The position numbers and the translations under genes are program-made. The notes below the pieces were generated by a model. It did no database searches. It was given only the letters and a program-made list of their open reading frames with translations, and was not told the DNA's origin. A stretch of 64,000 nucleotides of DNA from Glaucostegus cemiculus. Lineage: Eukaryota. This document shows positions 61,802 through 64,000 of the stretch, piece after piece. Location of the stretch: contig CDPCPM010000063.1 in NCBI GenBank assembly GCA_976551045.1, positions 13,206,001-13,270,000 on the forward strand. Reading direction: 5' to 3'. Every line of letters begins with the position of its first letter. The first letter of the stretch is position 1.

Positions 61802-62489
61802 AAACATCCTTTTCACTTCATTTGTTGGCTTTTGCTATTCTGAAGTCAAAACATTAACCTTAACTGAAAGATTATTTGAAACAGACAATAGCCACCTATT
61901 TTAGGCTTTATATCAACATGTACTGGCTGGGAAAGGAAAAACAAACATTACAATTTTTTTGTAAAATTGCATGATTATAACATTTAAAAAAAATGTAGAA
62001 ATGAACAATGAAAAATGCAGCCAATGTGCATCAGATCCTTTCAAAGTTCCACTGCCTTTATCGCTTTTCTTACACCAATGTTAAGTAGACAAAATTGTGT
62101 AAAGTTATTTTTTTCTCTTTGAATGCAGAAATGAATTAATGGCTTCTTTCTAGAAAATTGTGTTCTGCACAACATGACGATTGGCTGCATTTGTACTTGC
62201 AAATGTGAACTGGCTTTACTAACTTGAAACTATAACGTGTGCAGTGAAATCATAAGGAACAGTCAATATTGAAAACAGAAATTGCTGTAAATACTCTTTA
62301 CAGATGCTGATTGAACTGTTGAAAGAAATTAGAGTTAACACTTCAGATCTTTCATTGGAATGAGGAAGAACTAGAAATCAAGTTTTAAATTGCAGTGAAT
62401 GGGGAAGGATCAAGAGCACAAAGGGAATGCCCTTGAAGGGGTGGATATCAAGGGAAAATGAATGACAAAAGGTGAAGGGCAAGATTGAA

Positions 62490-63035
62490 GAACAGATTGT
62501 TGGTGAGATACATTAACAACATGGATGGGAATGCAGGAGGAGTAATTTGTAAGACTGCAGATTTTACAAAAATTGATGGTGTTGGGGATAGCAAGGAAGA
62601 TTGTACAAGGTCACAGCAGGATGCATATCAGATGGAAAGCTGGGCGAGCACTGACAGATGGAATTTAATGCAAAAACTGAGGTGATGCATTTTGGGAAAT
62701 CAAATGGGTGTAGGAAATGTACAGTAAATTGTAGGATGCCTCAGAAAGTTGACGAACAAAGAGAGGTTGGGGGGGCAGGGTTCAAATACATAGTTCTCTG
62801 AAAACAGCACCACAAGTAGATAGGGTGATGACAAAAGGCACATGGCACGCTTGCCTTTGTAGGTTGGGACACTGAGCATAAAAGTTGGTAAGTTATACTG
62901 CAATTTTACCAAACACTGGTTAGACCACACTTAGAGTACTATGTGCAGTTCTGGTCGCTGAGGATGTGACTGCAGTGGAAAGGGTACAGAAGAATTCACT
63001 AAGATGTTGCCTTTGATGGAGCTTTTCAGTTATGA
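62490..63035 (+). mobile_element. Old CR1 RT fragment
   Basis: Reads YINNMDG...CKTADFTKIDG (~KFADDTKIGG) and [14 protein letters not shown]. Confidence 0.75.
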
Positions 63036-63119
63036 CTCTGCAGCTTTAGGAAAGTGATGAAGAGTTGTAGAAATGAAATGAATAACAGAGAAAAACAATG
63101 CCAGAGCTGAAAAATCAAT

Positions 63120-64000
63120 AAACTTCAGGTGCTACAAACTTGGGAAAAATCAAAATGCTGGAAATACTCAGCAGATCAAACAACATCAACAGAAAGGGCA
63201 AGATCCTTTATTAGGAATGAAAAAGTGGGAAAACTAGTGTTTCAGTTGCAGTGTCATGGAAGCATGAATAGGATAGAGAATTTATGATAAGGTGAGGCCA
63301 GGATTGCTGTGGTGATGCACTGTTTATAACGGTATTTGCTTGGTAGATTACAGAGGTCAGAATTGCCGTAAAGAACTAAAACTGAAAAATTTGGAAATGC
63401 AGAGCAGGCAGCATCTGTGGAAAGATGAAGACAACATATATTACAGAATTGGCCAATTAGGATATGCAGGAGAGGGATGATGCATTCTGAAGAGACCCTA
63501 ACCTTTGACTCCCTAGTTTGCTGTTCCATCTCTGCAACCACTCCCCTTCTTACAGAATGCAATGCATATATTGCATTGTAAACTTCTGTAAGAAGGGGAG
63601 TGGTTGCAGAGATGGAACAGCAAACTAGGGAGTCACAAAGGTTAGGGTCTCTTCAGAATGCTAGAAGAAGAGAGGGAAAGAAAGAAACACCTAGCAGTGG
63701 GATTGTGTTGAAGGTGGTGGAAATTGTGAAGTATGATCTGTTAAATACAGAGACTGGCAAGATTGAAAGTGATGAACAGGGAACACCGGTCAAGAGTAAA
63801 GGGAATGAGAGACGAGGTGTAGCAAATAAATGATATGCGGTCAAGGGCTGAGCCGACTAAGGGAGAGGGGAAGTCACAATTAAGAAAAGAGCAATGCATT
63901 TTTCAAGTACTGATGTGAAAAGTCTCATCAAAACAGATACAATGAAGATGTAGGAACTGAGAGAATGGAGTGGAATCCTTACTGGAGTCAAGTTGGGAGG
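63120..64000 (-). mobile_element. Penelope-like element, decayed (runs off the window)
   Basis: Tails aaatgctggaaatactcagcag / gcagcatctgtgga at 63150-63420. 63660-64000 is collinear with 36900-37180. Confidence 0.6.
63482..63661. repeat. Near-perfect ~180-nt palindrome
   Basis: Arm 63482-63557 (76 nt) is the reverse complement of 63584-63661 apart from a 2-nt indel. The spacer tgcaatgca-tatat-tgcattgta is itself palindromic. Confidence 0.95.

Noticed and set aside
1-64000. Prokaryotic-type systems (CRISPR arrays, operons, defence islands), rRNA genes or endogenous viral genes
   Set aside because: The sequence is spliced eukaryotic DNA. I saw no repeat-spacer arrays, no rRNA motifs and no long non-TE ORFs.

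Overview
This is AT-rich vertebrate genomic DNA, almost certainly a cartilaginous fish (shark or ray). That is inferred from the repeat set: CR1 LINEs with shark-type tails, tRNA-headed HE1-like SINEs, DeuSINE/SacSINE-like elements, Rex1/Babar, L2 and Penelope-like elements. The only protein-coding gene I can support is the 3' half of TMX3 (an ER transmembrane PDI-family protein) on the minus strand. It has 8 exons between 50498 and 6248, all with GT-AG boundaries and consistent phases, giving 825 nt (274 aa plus stop) and ending in a KKTD ER-retrieval motif. One intron is 33.6 kb. The thioredoxin CGHC exons lie beyond the right edge of the window. Almost all other listed ORFs are transposon relics or noise. 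Points worth a second look: dispersed Penelope-derived minimal hammerhead-ribozyme motifs, a ~180-nt near-perfect palindrome inside a decayed Penelope copy, a bipartite RTE-derived element with a TSD, nested LINE insertions, Tigger-like MITEs, a candidate 34-nt poison exon and an isolated 49-nt hairpin. I found no convincing wholly new multi-gene system. Repeat boundaries are approximate and family names come from recalled motifs, not database searches.
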